A stretch of 63,033 nt of DNA, filler included, from Folioceros fuciformis (lineage: Eukaryota), in NCBI GenBank assembly GCA_049999805.1. It is 6 parts of 6 records of this genome, joined end to end, with 100 filler letters (N's around TTAATTAATTAA, not from the genome) between each part and the next. Parts side by side here need not be neighbours in the genome. Positions count along the whole stretch, not along the records: positions 4,935 to 28,742 come from JBNGIO010001637.1; positions 28,843 to 30,554 come from JBNGIO010001639.1; positions 30,655 to 57,829 come from JBNGIO010001640.1; 3 more parts are not named here. The stretch is one strand, 5' to 3'. Of this stretch, positions 26,991 to 41,000 are shown one piece after another (within the stretch, counting starts at the first letter, position 1; each line of letters starts with the position of its first letter). Both the position numbers and the translations under genes were made by a program. The notes beneath the pieces are model-generated. The model was given only the letters and a program-made list of their open reading frames with translations. It was not told the DNA's origin and made no database searches.

Positions 26991-28742
26991 GGATTTTCTC
27001 TTTCTCCGAGTCGTCCCTACCGACCGTTTTCTCGCGCTTTCCCTTTTGCGCTTTCCTTCCTTGGTTCTCCACAAAATCGCCTCTCACCCTCAGGATCAAA
27101 CGCACACACATATGAACAGCAACAATCTGCCGGTCGCCTTCCACCCATGTGATTTCACACTCTAGGTACACCCTGTGCAGTCTCAAATCAACTTCCTCAC
27201 AATCTCTCCAGTCTCATCGCGGCTAGTCACTCATACACACCACGTCTCGTTACACATTACTCACCTCGCTTCCAGGGTTTCTCCGGCTTCGTTCTCCACT
27301 CACCAGTTTTCGATATACGTTCTCCTCGTCTCTGGTTACTCGCTTCTCCTCTTTCTCACACACGCGCACCCTTGCGCTTCTTTTTTATCCAATCCTCCGT
27401 CTTCTTTCTCAGCAATGCCCCTCCTTGGCTTCCATGAACATTGAGGAATGGTGAGGTACCGGAGCTAAGGGAAGAGGGACCTCTTCCACTCCGACCTCGC
27501 GGATTCGGCTCCGACACCCACACCACCCACGTGACCACTCCGAGGACAGCTGGGGAGCTTCTCTCCCACTTGGCGAGGCTCCTCCTCCCGATTCGTCCCC
27601 GGACCTGATCACGGAGCGCCCACCATCTACACCCGCACCCCAAGTTGCTACGTGCGCTCGCTTGCCTGGACCTCCTGTCCAGCAACGGCCATCGCTAGGT
27701 TCCTGCAAGGTCGACTGCTCGGCTGGTGTTTTGCTACTTCCCTAGGCCTTCAAACCGGCCTCTTGTACACGGTGATGGCAGTTTTTCCGCCATAAAGTCT
27801 GTCAGGCAAGAGGGCTGCGCTCTTAAATTCTGAGCGACTTGGGTCCAAATAAAGCACGCTAAAAAAAAACTATTCTAGCCTGCATTTACTATCGCCCTGT
27901 CCTACGCCGCTGGCGGCTTCCTCCTGGCCTTCACACGTCACCTCTCGCTGCTCCTCCTCTCGCTCTTCTGCCCCTCCGTTGATCCGGCAGGTCCTCCCAG
28001 AGGATCTCCACATCACTGCTACTGCTGCTAGGCCTGGCTGGCGGTGCAAGTGGGTCCCGCCACTGTGGTCCACCACCCAGCTCCTTCTCTGGTTGCTGAG
28101 GACAGCCACAGGCCCCCGTTCTACCCAGCGCTGGGCCTCCTCTTCCGTCAGTTCCTGCAGAAGTGCCTCCGCATAGCAGTGGGACAGTCCTGTCACCCAC
28201 CATCTGTAGTGGTAGAGTCCCAGGCGCGTCCTCAACTGCAGGACGTAGCCCCGCGTCCTTCTTGTGCCCATACGTACATACAAAAACAGCTTCAGAACCC
28301 TGGCCCCTTCTACATACAGTCCTGGCACATAGGAGGCCTCCTCCTCATACTGCAGCACAATCCGACCTTCTGTCATCACAGAGGTGCTTACCCCGTTCTC
28401 CCTTGGGCTACCTCGGGTTGCCTGCTCCCCCTCCTGCTGGGGTACCTGAAGGTTCTCTGCCTGCCCAGCAGGTGTCTCCTCCGGTTCTGTTCCCCTGGTA
28501 CGGGTCACCCTCCTGGAGCGCCTAGGGGCAGGCGCCCCTACTGCTTCCTCCTTTTCCAGGGTTGGTTCTTCAGCTATCCTGGGCCTTGCTGGGCAACCAG
28601 TAGCCCCGTCGGCTACCCGACTACTGGAAGTCCCGTGGACTACCGGACTACCGATAGCCCCCTCGACTACCGTTCCCCTGGTTCGGCTACCGGTAGCCCC
28701 GTCGGCTACCGGGGTCGTCGTTTGACTCGGGCGCCCAGCCTT

Positions 28743-28842
28743 NNNNNNNNNNNNNNNNNNNNNNNNNNNNNNNNNNNNNNNNNNNNTTAATTAATTAANN
28801 NNNNNNNNNNNNNNNNNNNNNNNNNNNNNNNNNNNNNNNNNN
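28743..28842. other. Artificial contig linker
   Basis: N44-TTAATTAATTAA-N44. Confidence 0.97.
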
Positions 28843-30554
28843 TCCTAATCCGGAGTGGTCTTACCTCAGAGATGTTGAGACAGACATCCGGATGTGCCAC
28901 TTCAGCTGAGATCTGGTTCAGACTTCAGGACCTGTATGTAGGAAGCAATCAAACTAGTCAGATGACAGCCCTGCGAAACTTACAGCTTTGTAAGATGAAG
29001 GATGGTGAATCAATTGAGAAACACCTTGGACATTTCAGAACACTTGTCTCAAAATTTGAAAGTGCTTCAAATGAGGTTCTGAAGGATGATATGCTTGCTT
29101 TGTATGTCCGTATATCACTTCCGGAATCTTGGTCACATTTCGTTACTTCCTTCAATGCTTCAAGGCTCCAAACTGAAAAGCTTGCAAAAGCTTCAAATGT
29201 GACTCTGCCAAAAACCACATTTGCAGAGTTAGTGGGAGCATTATTACAAGAAGAAGCTACAAGGCAAATTCATAGAAGGACAGGCAAGCAACAAGCACTC
29301 TACACATCTAATAGAGGACGTGGTGGAGGCAGACCTTATAACAGAGGTGGAGGCAGCTCTTCAAGGGGTGGTGGCTCACAAGGACGTGGATCCGGAGCCA
29401 GCCAAAGAAAACCAAAAAGGACAGGCAACTACAACTGGTGCAAGTTACCTGGTCATTGGGAGCGTGAGTGTCGTAAAAAGCAAGCTGGTATTCCTCGCAA
29501 GGAGGGTTCAACCAGTGCTGAAACTCATGTGGTTGTGAAGAAACAACCAACCCCTTCAGCCCTCACAGTAGGTACAATTGTGTTTGCAACAAGTTCATTC
29601 TTGTATCCTGCCAGCCTGTCAGCAAACACAAAAGCAAGGCCAGTGTCAGATTGGTATCTTGACACAGGGGCTACAGCCCACATCTGCTTTGATAAAGGGT
29701 CATTCCAAACGTACAAAACATATAAGGATCAGTATGTGTACCTAGGTGATGATAGATCCCTAGTGTCTCCTGGTCGTGGAACCATAGACTTGTCAGTTCC
29801 ATCAGGGCACTTGTTAACACTGTATGATGTTTACTATGTCCCTGACATGACTCGGAATTTGATTTCAGTCAGAAAACTCAATGCTGACAATCACTGTCAC
29901 ATTTTATTTACACATACAGAATGTCAAGTACTGGATGCTTTCAATCATAATAAAGTACTTGCCTATGGGTCTTCAGACAAAGATTTGTTTCTTCTTCACA
30001 CAGACAGTATTGTACCAACTTCAAATTTAACACATGATGCCAGTGCTGTATCTACACAACAAATAGAAAAGGTTAAGTTGTGGCATAAGAGATTAGGTCA
30101 CCCACATTCAGCAAAACTTCAGAAACTTCACAGTGATTTTTACCAAGATGGTCCTATTGGGCAGTTGGCATCTCTTCCCTTGTGTGAGACTTGTGTTATT
30201 TCCAAAAGGCATCAAGCAGCCTTTAGAAATAAAGCTCCACATAGAGCCTCTGAGGTTCAAGAACTAGTACACACTGATCTGTGTGGACCTCTATCTCAAG
30301 AATCCATAGGAGGTGGCAGATACTTCCTAACCTTCACTGATGATAAGACTAGGTTTGTCACCACCTACATATTGAAACAGAAAAGTGAGTGTTTTAGTCA
30401 CTTCATAAACTACATCAAGTATGCTGAAAGATGGACTGGAAAACAACTCAAAACATTACGATCAGACAACGGGGGAGAGTGTACTTCCCATGAATTCCTG
30501 GCATACTGTACAGCTGAGGGAATTGGTCGCCAGCTGACAGTGGTTGCTGAGCGT
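28843..30554 (+). mobile_element. Ty1/Copia LTR retrotransposon gag-pol fragment
   Basis: One open frame with gag (SLPESWSHFV), zinc knuckle (YNWCKLPGHWEREC), protease WYLDTGAT, GAG-pre-integrase WHKRLGH...CETC and integrase LVHTDLCGP...LRSDNGGE. Integrase follows protease, the Copia order. Cut by gaps on both sides. Confidence 0.95.
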
Positions 30555-30654
30555 NNNNNNNNNNNNNNNNNNNNNNNNNNNNNNNNNNNNNNNNNNNNTT
30601 AATTAATTAANNNNNNNNNNNNNNNNNNNNNNNNNNNNNNNNNNNNNNNNNNNN
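30555..30654. other. Artificial contig linker
   Basis: N44-TTAATTAATTAA-N44. Confidence 0.97.
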
Positions 30655-31246
30655 CTTCTATTATGCAATCAATAAGATTTGAGACTTCTTCCAGATTTGA
30701 GTGTAGCTACCTTTTCAGCTACGGAGGGGTCGTACACCTGATGTCCTTGTGCGAGTCGGGAAAGGAGGCATTTTGAACAAGCCCACGATTTAGCGTGACC
30801 CCCAAATCACATAAATGGCTTGCCTAAGACAGAGCTATTCTAGATGATGAATTCGCCATGAAGAGAACAAGTTCAGTGAAAACCTTGGGTCCAAGAATTC
30901 TGACTTTGGGTGTCATGATCGAGCTTGAACACGGGACAGAAGTTTGTACAGCCCAAATCACTCCTCTGCGCTGTCCAGAATCGAGTGGAACAGTTAATTA
31001 CGCACGCCAGACAGGGGTAGCCCGATTCAGAGACGATCTCGGCTCACGAGCAATCTGATAAACCAACATCCCCCCCACCCTTGCCTTGGCAGATGTGGCT
31101 GCTTTTGCAGTGCACGTACCGCGTTGTAGCACAGAAATGTTTCTCCTATTTGATGACACAGTTGGCAGTAAATTATCTTATGGGATGGCGCATCCAGAAG
31201 CGCACACACCATCTGGAGGAAATGGGAGCCTATCCGATCACAGCTT

Positions 31247-33211
31247 TTACTGTGCTAGAGAAAGCTCTTGGTCCGCTGTCCAGGAATCGCCAGGCTGCAG
31301 TGTGACGGGCTCGAGCTGCGACGGCAGGCGTGTTTTTTCAGTCTCTGCGGGAACAACCGGGGCATGGCATGGGCACCGACGTTCCTACAAAGTTCGGAGT
31401 CTTATCTTACCTTGGCATTCTCCACGCACACGAAGTCCTTGTACGAAGCCTCCATTGTCAAATACGGATTCCAGACAACAGCGTCCGTCCAACTGCGAGG
31501 AACGAGGGAAATATTCAGTAAGCGAAACCAGAGACATCGGGTAAAGACAGTAGTACAGTGTCACACCTGCACATGTCTACTTACTTCTTCTGTTTTAACA
31601 AAATAGTGTCGCCGAGGCCATTCTTGAGGAGCAGTTCATTCGGAACGGAAAGATAAATGCAATCCACAAAGCCCGGGAATGTAACGTCCTCCCTGAACCA
31701 GCGAGAAAGTATTAAACGGATTGGTTAAGCAGCGACTAGCAGTAAGGCAACTTCTTCAATGTACCTCTCTTCTACGCCGGGGGTGGGGTTTTTTGGATCT
31801 TCAAAACTCTTCTTCAACGTTTTGCTGCCCTTTAAACCCTTCACGACCACGTCTGCGATGGAAGCCTGTACGTACACACATCCACGGAAATCAACAGCTC
31901 AGAGCCGGCCGTAGTTGGATGATCAAAGACAGCATGTGCACAAAAGACCAGGGTGGAGCCAGTTTGCAGGTCTTAACCTACCCGAAAGTAGGAGTGTAAG
32001 GCAGTGGTGAAACTGAATTCCTTGCTGTCTGTATTTGTGACGGTCAGTGTCGTCAAAAGCTTTTGAGGCTCCAAAACCACCTTCAGGAAACAAAGTTTAC
32101 TCACAAACCACAGGCATGACAACGACACAGAGAATCTTCCGTGAAATTACTATGGTACCTTGAAGGAGCAGACAAAGGCGTAGTCCCACATGGCGCGGCT
32201 GTAGTCATTGTCTCTTAGTTCAAGAGTCACAGAGGGTGATCCTTGTTCATTCTTGGCATCAACAATTTCCCAAGACAAGTTGCGGGCAAATCCATGCTGT
32301 GAGCACGACCTTGAGTCAGCATCGCTGACAATCAAGACAGAACAGCACCGCAGTAGGAACAGATTTGGATGCATTGGGAAATATAACTTGCATGCTAGCC
32401 GACCTGCTGGATAGGGCCTGGTCCGAATTGAGGGAAACAGTGCGGGACCCCACCGCTGCACAGAATTCAGTGCACCTCGGGAATGAGATTGCAGAAGGAT
32501 TCCACCGTGACCCCATGCCAGGCTGACGACATTTTGGTTCCCAGGTTCAATTGGCTTCCACACACGTACCTGATAGGTTTCTGACCTGTGAAGACAGCAT
32601 CGGGCCGGACGAACAACAAGTCCTTCCCATTTGCAACCTTCCACGAGGTGACACAAGCTCCGAACAAGTAGATCTCGGCCGAGCTAAACAAATGCAGAAC
32701 GAGGCAGCGGTGAGCATTCCTTCGAGAGATGAAAGTTATCCGCTCAACATGTATGCAATGCGGTATTGACGGACGACGGACCTGCCATTGTCGCTTGTCA
32801 AGACAACCTTGGGGAGGCCGCCTTCGCCGCTGACAGTTTTGACACCATCAGCTTCAACCCTTCCTTGCAGAAGGAAGAGGAGAGGTGAGACGATTGCGAG
32901 GCGGCAGGGGAATGCTGAAAATCGAGCGAGTTCCGGAAGCTGGGGCAGGAACTGGCAGAAACGTGTTGCCCTGGAATTGAAGAGCTGCTCCCTTACCCTG
33001 CCGCCTGCACCGCGCGGACACGAAGCGCGGATGGCCTTCCAGTGCGCATGCGATGGCTGTTTCCTACCAACTCCAGCTGCACAGCACGGCGCCCTGCAGG
33101 CAGCCACAACTTGGAGGAAGAAGGGAACCGGGGAGAGGACCCCGCAGGCCGACGGTGAGGGACCTCCGGCGAGCGCACAACAGTACTGCATGCCGCCGCG
33201 GATGTCGCCAT
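31247..33211 (-). CDS. Aldose 1-epimerase family / glucose-6-phosphate 1-epimerase-like, probably plastid-targeted
   Basis: Exons GEGGLPKVVL, AEIYLFGACVTSWK..KDLLFVRPDAVF, QHGFARNLSW, EDVTFPGFVDCIYL, DAVVWNP..YKDFVCVENAK and LQPGDSWTADQELSLAQ*; transit-peptide-like first exon. Confidence 0.9.
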
Positions 33212-33699
33212 GTCTCTTCCTTCAGATGCCAACTCCCAGCAGCAAGACGCTTCTCAAAAGATCGACGTGACTGGAGGACCGGCTGAAGGCAGGCCAACCG
33301 GAGCCCAGTCACATCACCCTGACGGTCTCACCTAACGAATATTCCAAAGTAGCTCCTTCCCACTTGCTGACTGCCTGTTAAAACCGATACGTGGTATCGT
33401 TGCAAGGACATCTGAGAAAGGGAAGGATAGCGCAGGTTGCTTAGGCTATTCGGGCTAAGCCATAAGGGCCCGCCCCGGGTGATCAACTCAGGATCCCATA
33501 GTCCTGAGCAAATTTGTGGTACACTCGGATAGGATAAGCATACGGGCATGGTATGCCGTTCCAACTAAGAGAGTCAGAGTGTGTAAGCACTTTCCCAGGA
33601 TGTTGGTCTTCGCCATCCTGGTAGGAGTTCACCCAGAAACTAAATTGTCTCAGAATCCAAATGCCGCAAATATATTTTAAGACTGGTATCCTAGATTCC

Positions 33700-36600
33700 C
33701 TAGGCTGGAACGGACCCAAACTTCTCCAGGGTGGACCGGAAGTGCGCCACAAAAGCTTCAGTCAAAGTGGAATCATCAGCCTTCACTTTTACCGAAGTCG
33801 TTAAAGGCGACGTCATTTGCAACTCAACTAGGAAGAAGCCAGAGCCGGAAGGAGCTTCTGCTGATTGTGCATAAAAGAAGAACTTGAACTTGCCAGTTGC
33901 CATGCACTGTATAGAGTTAGCCTGCATGTGGCGGACAAGCGGTTGTGACCCTGTCAAGAGAGAAGACGCGTGCTGAGGCAGGGGTATCTCCTGCAAACAT
34001 CCACAAGATTTTGTTTAGGGAGGCCTGAAACCAATCGCGAGGGACTCACAAAGCAGCCGGTCGTGAAACAACAATTGCAACACGACAGGATGTAGAGCTC
34101 ACAAGAGCCTGGGCGACAGGCAGCAGGCCCCATTTTCGCTTGAAGCTTGCTGGATCAAGGGCTGGTATCTGCACAAGCTTCAGGATGGGCGGTGATGGCG
34201 ATCCTGACAAAGTCAAATCCCCAAAGCCAAGCAAGTCATCAACATTAGCGGCGGAAGTTGCAGGGACCGCAGTCGAGGAAATCGAAACCGAAGGAGAAGA
34301 CCGAACAGGCACAAATGGCACAGGAGAGTGGGATCTGGGCCCTAAATTTGAACTCTCATTTCCTGGAAACTCATAAGATCCATTGCTAATAGCACGATTT
34401 TCCTCCTCCTTCTCTGATGCACTGAGTAGTAGGTCGTTGTCACTTGCGTCAACACTCTGACTTGTTAACACTTCGTCAGATGAAGTTGGCCCAACGGCAA
34501 TTGGTCCTGTATCTTCAGATAATTCCAGAGGCCGATGTTCTTTGTCCAGAAACATATACGAAGGCTGAAAGAACGTGAGCAGCATCCAAGTCAGTTGTAG
34601 AAGGTACTTTTAAGTGTAGCAAGCGGACAATTGTTGCTCTAAACATGTCAGCGAGACTAATATGCGATACACACTTACCTGATGATAGACAACAGCAAGG
34701 CTGTTGAACTCATCAAAAATACGATCCTTGATTTCACTAGATTGTCTATCAGCAAACACAGAGACCGCTTGTTTTTGAGGCGAAACAACACGTTCAGCTA
34801 TTTCCACACCTTGCTGCAAAAGTCTGTAATACAAGAGGGCCCTATCATGTACATCCTGCGGGATTACAGCCAATTATCAAAAATACTAGTCTTATACTCG
34901 AGTAATTACTCTAGCCAGTCAAAGGACCAGAGTCGCACCTGATGACCATCAGCTAGACCAGAAGCCAGGGCGTTTCCCAATATTTTCTGGCTTTCTGGAG
35001 GCCTTTTGAAGAATATTTTCATAGCTGCCGTGAGCAACTCCAGACGAACCTGGACATTGAGCTCCTGGTGAGACCAGAGGCCAGAGGAAACAAACATCTA
35101 CTTCACATGATGTCCCACTTCACTTCTCTCAATGATAATATGTACGACTCTAAACACTTATTTGATCTTCAATCAAACAGGAGACAGACGTCCGCCGTAC
35201 CTCTGCAGAATCTTCCTCCACCCAGCTCTCAACAAAGCCTTCCAGGACATAAGGAGCATCCTCCATGTCATACGCATATTCACCAAGCATCCATACCAGC
35301 GCTGCTTTAGCTTTAGGTTCTTGCACAGTCTTGCTGCTCACATTACCGACAACAGCTATGCAATCATGGCTCCACTGAGGGTACTTTCGGAGCAGGTCTT
35401 TGATCAAGACCTGCAGCCATCCAACCATTCGACATCAAACACTTGAGACTTTTAACACCATTGCAGAAGAGGAGAATTGCAGATAGAACACAGACCAGAG
35501 TTTCTGCCGTCACATAGTCCTTCTCCATCTCAAGGAACTGGAGCAAACGGTCCACAATTGCATTCACATCATACTGCTCCAGTGCAATTTTCCCAACAGC
35601 TCGAATAGACTCTCTTGCAATAACCACGTCCACATTCGCTGCATACTCGCTGAGCTCGGTCACTGGTAGGCATGCAAAACATTCCTTCATTGAGTGCATT
35701 GGTAGAAATGTGCTACCATAACATCATCTGCCAAGTCATCACAGACACAGTACTCAGCAGCCATTAGTTCACACTAACCCATCCAGCCCCAATTACAACC
35801 TACCGATCTCGTAAGTGTTGTTGCTGTTGGCCACAGCAGTGAGCATCTCGAGCTTCAACTTCTTGACATACGATGGGTCACTGTACCGGCAGTAAAAATG
35901 TTTGTAGTCATCAGCAAATAGCACAGGAGCCCGAATCACTAGTAGGTGCAGATGGGCAAAAACTGCGTAGGATTGCTCTGCACTTCCAGAGCTCACAAGT
36001 GTGAGCAATGGAGCCTTTATACGCTCATAAACCTGCTCCATTTGCAGAACTGAACTTTTAGAGGCATGCATTGCTTGGTGGTCCACTCACCTACCAGTAA
36101 ATCACGCAAAACATACTGCTTGCAATACCTGTTGGTGCACATCTGCCATTGACATCGTCATCTGAAGGAATACTTTAATGCTCGCCAAAACTACAGCACT
36201 GTTGGCATGCTGTAGCCTGTCTTCCAACAGATTCATTATATCAAATATCTCATTCGCATCTGAAGGAACATACTTGGTGATGATATCAAGAACCAGACAT
36301 TGTGCCCATTCAGAGAATTCCTTGATCCTGCACGGCTAACAAAAGTTACAGGCCTGTGACCACATTCGTTGAACTGTGCACAGTTTAAACAGGACCTGTT
36401 CATACCTGTTCAGCAGCGCAAAGATGACAGGCCTGCTGAAAAGGTATTCTCTGTCTCGACGTGCAGACTCACTCTTGGCAGCTTCTGCCCCGAAGATTTC
36501 CAGCAAAGCACAAAGACAGTTGGCCACGACCTACAGCAGAACTCCCCTCAGCAGCCATCTGGGCGAATCTGCGTTTTCTGTAATTGCTCTGTGGCGCCCA

Positions 36601-37179
36601 AGTCAAGAGGAGTGAAGAACAACATTTAAGAGGTGAAGGACGAACCTGTGCCTCTGAGTCATTAAGAAGTAGCGCTTTGAGTGTTGCAGGGAGCTCATTC
36701 TCCAGGCAGGCAGCGGGAGCAAGCTGATACAGCTTGAGCACACCCATCGATGCCACCATCCTCACATACCCGTGGTAATCTTTAAGCCCCACTTGCAGAG
36801 GCCTGACCAAGTACTCCACCAGATTCTTCACCCTGAGGGAGCAAAGGCTTCTCAATGCAAGCCCCCGAATCATAGGGTTGTCATCCTGGCAGTCCTTCTG
36901 CAAAAAATTGATGGTGAGGAGGGCTAGATCGGGGCGAACCCTGGCGTAATTCCCGACATACAAGTAGCACATTTTCTTGAGCACGAGATCCGACGTGGCT
37001 GAGCACATCACCATCTCGCTGAACAGGGGCGACATATCACTGCCGATAGTCATATAAGATATCACCTTCTTGTACAGCTCCCTCTTCACATCCTCCACAC
37101 CGGGAGCACGACTTCCAGCAAGCTGCCGGAGCTGAGTCTTGAGCTCCGCGAGCTCACCTTTCCTGTTATCAGCATTCAT
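33700..37179 (-). CDS. AP4B1: AP-4 complex beta subunit (beta-adaptin-like protein A)
   Basis: KGELAELKTQLRQLAGSRAPG, KKVISYMTIG, NPMIRGLALRSLCSL, YCRYSDPSYVKKLKLEML and DVHDRALLYYRLL, plus a C-terminal appendage exon. The true first exon may lie upstream of 37179. Confidence 0.92.
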
Positions 37180-38087
37180 GTTGACGCGTTTCAACAGCCT
37201 CAAGGCGGGAGACAACCCTAACCGCGGCAATCTGAGGGCTCAAATCCAGCTCCCTCGAAACATGCAGATGACCAACAGACCTCAGCACCAACTCTCCATG
37301 ATTCGGCAGCGGAGTACAACCAGATCCTCCACCACCGTCTTAAGCGACTCAAATTCTCCCATTTCAGCTCAAGGTAGGTCGTGCACAGGCAGGAATCAAC
37401 ACTTCATCCAGCATGGAGCACCGCGTGTCCGGGGATGTGAGGTCATATTCCAACGCAAATCACAACCACCTCCACCACCAGCATGAGGGCAAGCGATTGC
37501 AACGATTGCCAGCTTTCAGCATCCCCGGATCCCCTGCGGCACATGAGGGAGAAGAAGATGTACAACAGAGATACTGGCAAGTGCAGCGAGAGGAAGAGGT
37601 CGTCCATGGGGGTTACCGATTCACTCATTCACTACCAGGCTGGGCTCTTGAAATTTATTATCGTGAAGCTCGTTTGCCATTGAAATTCTCGGGTTGAGGG
37701 CTGAGTGTGGATATACACATGTACCCATGTCTAAGCATCGATGCAATATTATATACATTCTTCAAAATATAAAATATTTCTCTTGAGCGCGAAAACTTAA
37801 TGGGGAAGGGCCATCCTACACTGGACGAGACAGCACATCGGAAAGGTGAGCGAGCTTCTTCTATGGGCGAGCTTCCCTGTTTTGTTTCGGGTTGAAGAAA
37901 TCATGTTTTTCTACTTGGCGAGTGTTAATCAGTTCATGCAAATCGTGCAATCGAAATCCGGGAGCAAGGGAGGTCGTTGAGTGGTTGGACATGAGCCACA
38001 GAGACATGGCAGCAGAGGCAAAGAAGGAGCGGTAATTGGGCATTGGAATATCAGGTGGAGGGCTATGGGCTGGTTTGTGAAAGAGGT

Positions 38088-41000
38088 ATGGCTGGGTGGA
38101 ACGTGGCAGTTGTGTCACGTAATGGGCAAGAACAAACGTTGTGGGGACAGTCATTGTTGTTCCAACGGAGTGGTGGGTTGGTAGTTGTTGGAGGAAGAGG
38201 TCGAGTCCACCATTCCTTGAGGGACAGGACGTGGGAAAATAATGAGGCCCCGATGGGCACAGCTTTTGCAAGAAAGCAAGCCCGTCCAAGAGCATCTGGA
38301 GACGGATGTGGAAGGGAGAGGGGTCTCCGGCACGACGTCTTGTGGCAACAGTCTTTTCTGGACCCGACACTTTGGGTGGATGACAGGCAACACAAAAGGA
38401 GTGTACATTTGCCTGACTTTCGGCACAGGGAGACCCAGCAGGGGCTCTGGCTGAGCAGCCTTCACAAGCCAGATTGGGTGGATGGAGAGCTGGCTGCTCT
38501 GCACATGCGGATGGCGCGTCCTCCGGGGCCTGCAGGATACTGCATGGACGTGACGTGTGAGACCGTGGCAGGTCTGTGTGATGGGGGGAGGTCAGTGAGG
38601 CCGTGGAGGCTCTGGGAGTTCTGGTGCACAGGGATGTTTGTATTACGAAGGCTCTGTTTTGTGGGGTGCCGAGAAGATGTGTGGGTGAGACGGGGCTGGT
38701 TCTGGGGAGGCGTGTTCATGCTCTCGTGGTGAGGAGTGGATGTGAGAGGGACGCGTTCTTGTGCAACCATATTCTGCGGATGTACTCTTGTCATGCGAGA
38801 TTGGAAGAAGCTATGGGTGTGTTCGATATGGCTGCTCACCCTGATGCTTTCTTATGGTCTTCTATCATGTCCGCGCTTGTGAAAGATGGGCAAGACGCGC
38901 AGGCTGTGACGCTGTATCGTCGGATGCGCACGTCCAGTGTGAAGGCAGACGGGCATGTGTTTGTGGCAGCGCTTCAGGCTTGTGCGAGGGGAAGAGACTT
39001 GGATTCCGGGGTGCAGGTGCATGCAGATATGCTGGCTCATGGCGTTGAGTTTGATTTGTTTGTTGGGAGTTGTTTGGTTGATATGTATGCCAGGTGTGGG
39101 AGCTTGGAAGACGCTCGAAGAGCGTTTGACGGGCTTTCTCGGAAGAATGTGGTGACGTGGAGTACCTTGATTGCAGGATACGCGCAGCAGGGCATGGGAC
39201 GGGATGCCCTTTGTCTTTATAGGACTATGTTGGAGGAAGGAGACGTCGCACCCAATTCTGTGACCTTCGTGGGCCTTCTACAGGCGTGTGCAGGTGTGGG
39301 TGCTGCTGCTTTGGAGGAGGGGAAGCAGCTTCATGTGCAGATTAGAGAACGTGGGCTTGAGGCCGATGTAGTTGTAGGTGGGAGCCTGGTGAACATGTAT
39401 GCAAAGTGTGGCAGCCTGGAGGCGGCGCGGAGTGTCTTTGAAGGACTTGGTCGGAAGAATGTGGTGACTTGGAATGCCATGATCGCAGGATATTCCCAGC
39501 AGGGCATGGAACATGAAGCCCTCTGTCTTTTTACGGTTATGCAAGAAGAAGGAATGGCTCCCCCTGATGCTATCACACTTGTGTCACTTCTGCAGGCATG
39601 TGCAAGCGTGGGCACGTCAGCCTTGGAGACGGGGAAAGGAGCTGCATGCACAGATTATGGAACGAGGTTTGCAGGCTGACGTTGTTGTTAGTGGCAGCTT
39701 GGTGAACATGTTTGCAAAATGTGGAAGTCTAGAACAGGCTCGGAGTCTGTTTGATGGGCTTGGTCAGAAAAGTGTGGTGACATGGAATGCCATGATAGCA
39801 GGATATTCGAAGCAGGGGATGGTGCAGGAGGCCTTTCTCCTCTACAGTGCCATGCGGGAAGAAGACATCATTGGGTCTGATTCTGTGACTTTTGTGTGTC
39901 TCCTACAGGCGTGTGCGAGTGTGGGCACTCTTGCTTTGGAGAAAGGCAAGCAGCTTCATGCCCAGATAAGAGAACGCGGGCTGCAGCTTGACTTAGCTGT
40001 ATCTGCGAGCCTGGTGAACATGTACGCCAAGTGTGGGAGCCTGTTGGATGCTCGGGGAGTGTTTGACGCGCTTGATAAAAAGAATGTGGTGACGTGGAGT
40101 GCTATGATAGCTGGATACTCCCAGCAGGGCATGGGGCAGGACGCTCTTGGGTTATACAGGGCTATGCAGCAAGAAGGCGTGGTTGCAGTTGATTCTGTGA
40201 CATTTGTGTCTCTGCTGCAGGCATGTACAAGCGTGGGTGCCATGGCTTTGGAGGTGGGGAAGCAGCTGCATGGACAGATAACAGATCTAGGTCTTCAAGC
40301 TGATGTAGTTGTCGGTGGTAGCCTGGTTAACATGTATGCCAAGCGCGGGAGTGTAGAGGATGCTCTTGGAGTATTTGAAGAACTTGATGAAAAGAATGTG
40401 GTGACATGGAATTCTATGATATCAGCCTATAGCCTGGGGGGAATGGGGCTAGAAGCCCTTCGTCTTCATGCTGCTATGCAAGAAGAAGGTGTTGTTGTTC
40501 CCGATACCGTCACATTTGTGTGCCTTCTGCAGGCATGTGCAAGTGTGGGGAAACAGGCTTTGGAAAAGGGAAAGCATCTTCATTCACAAATTCGGGAACT
40601 ACAGCTTCAAGCTGACGGGTTTGTGGCTAGCAGTTTGGTAGACATGTATGCAAAGTGTGGGAGCCTAGAGGATGCTAAGGGTGTGTTCGACGGACTTGAT
40701 AGCAAAAATGTGGTGACTTGGAATGCTATGATAGCGGGATATTCCCAACAGGGCATGGGACATGAAGCCCTCCGTCTGTATTGTGGAATGGAAAGCGAAG
40801 GCTTTGCCGCACCTGATTCTGTAACAATTGTGTGCCTCTTACAGGCATGTGAGAGTATGGGCAACCCAGCTTTGGAGAGCGGGAAACAGCTTCATGCCCA
40901 AATCAGAGAACGAAATCTCGAGGCCGACGAGTTCGTGGCTGGCAGTTTGGTCAACATGTATTCAAAGTGTGGCAGCCTAGAAGATGCTCAGGCCTTGTTT

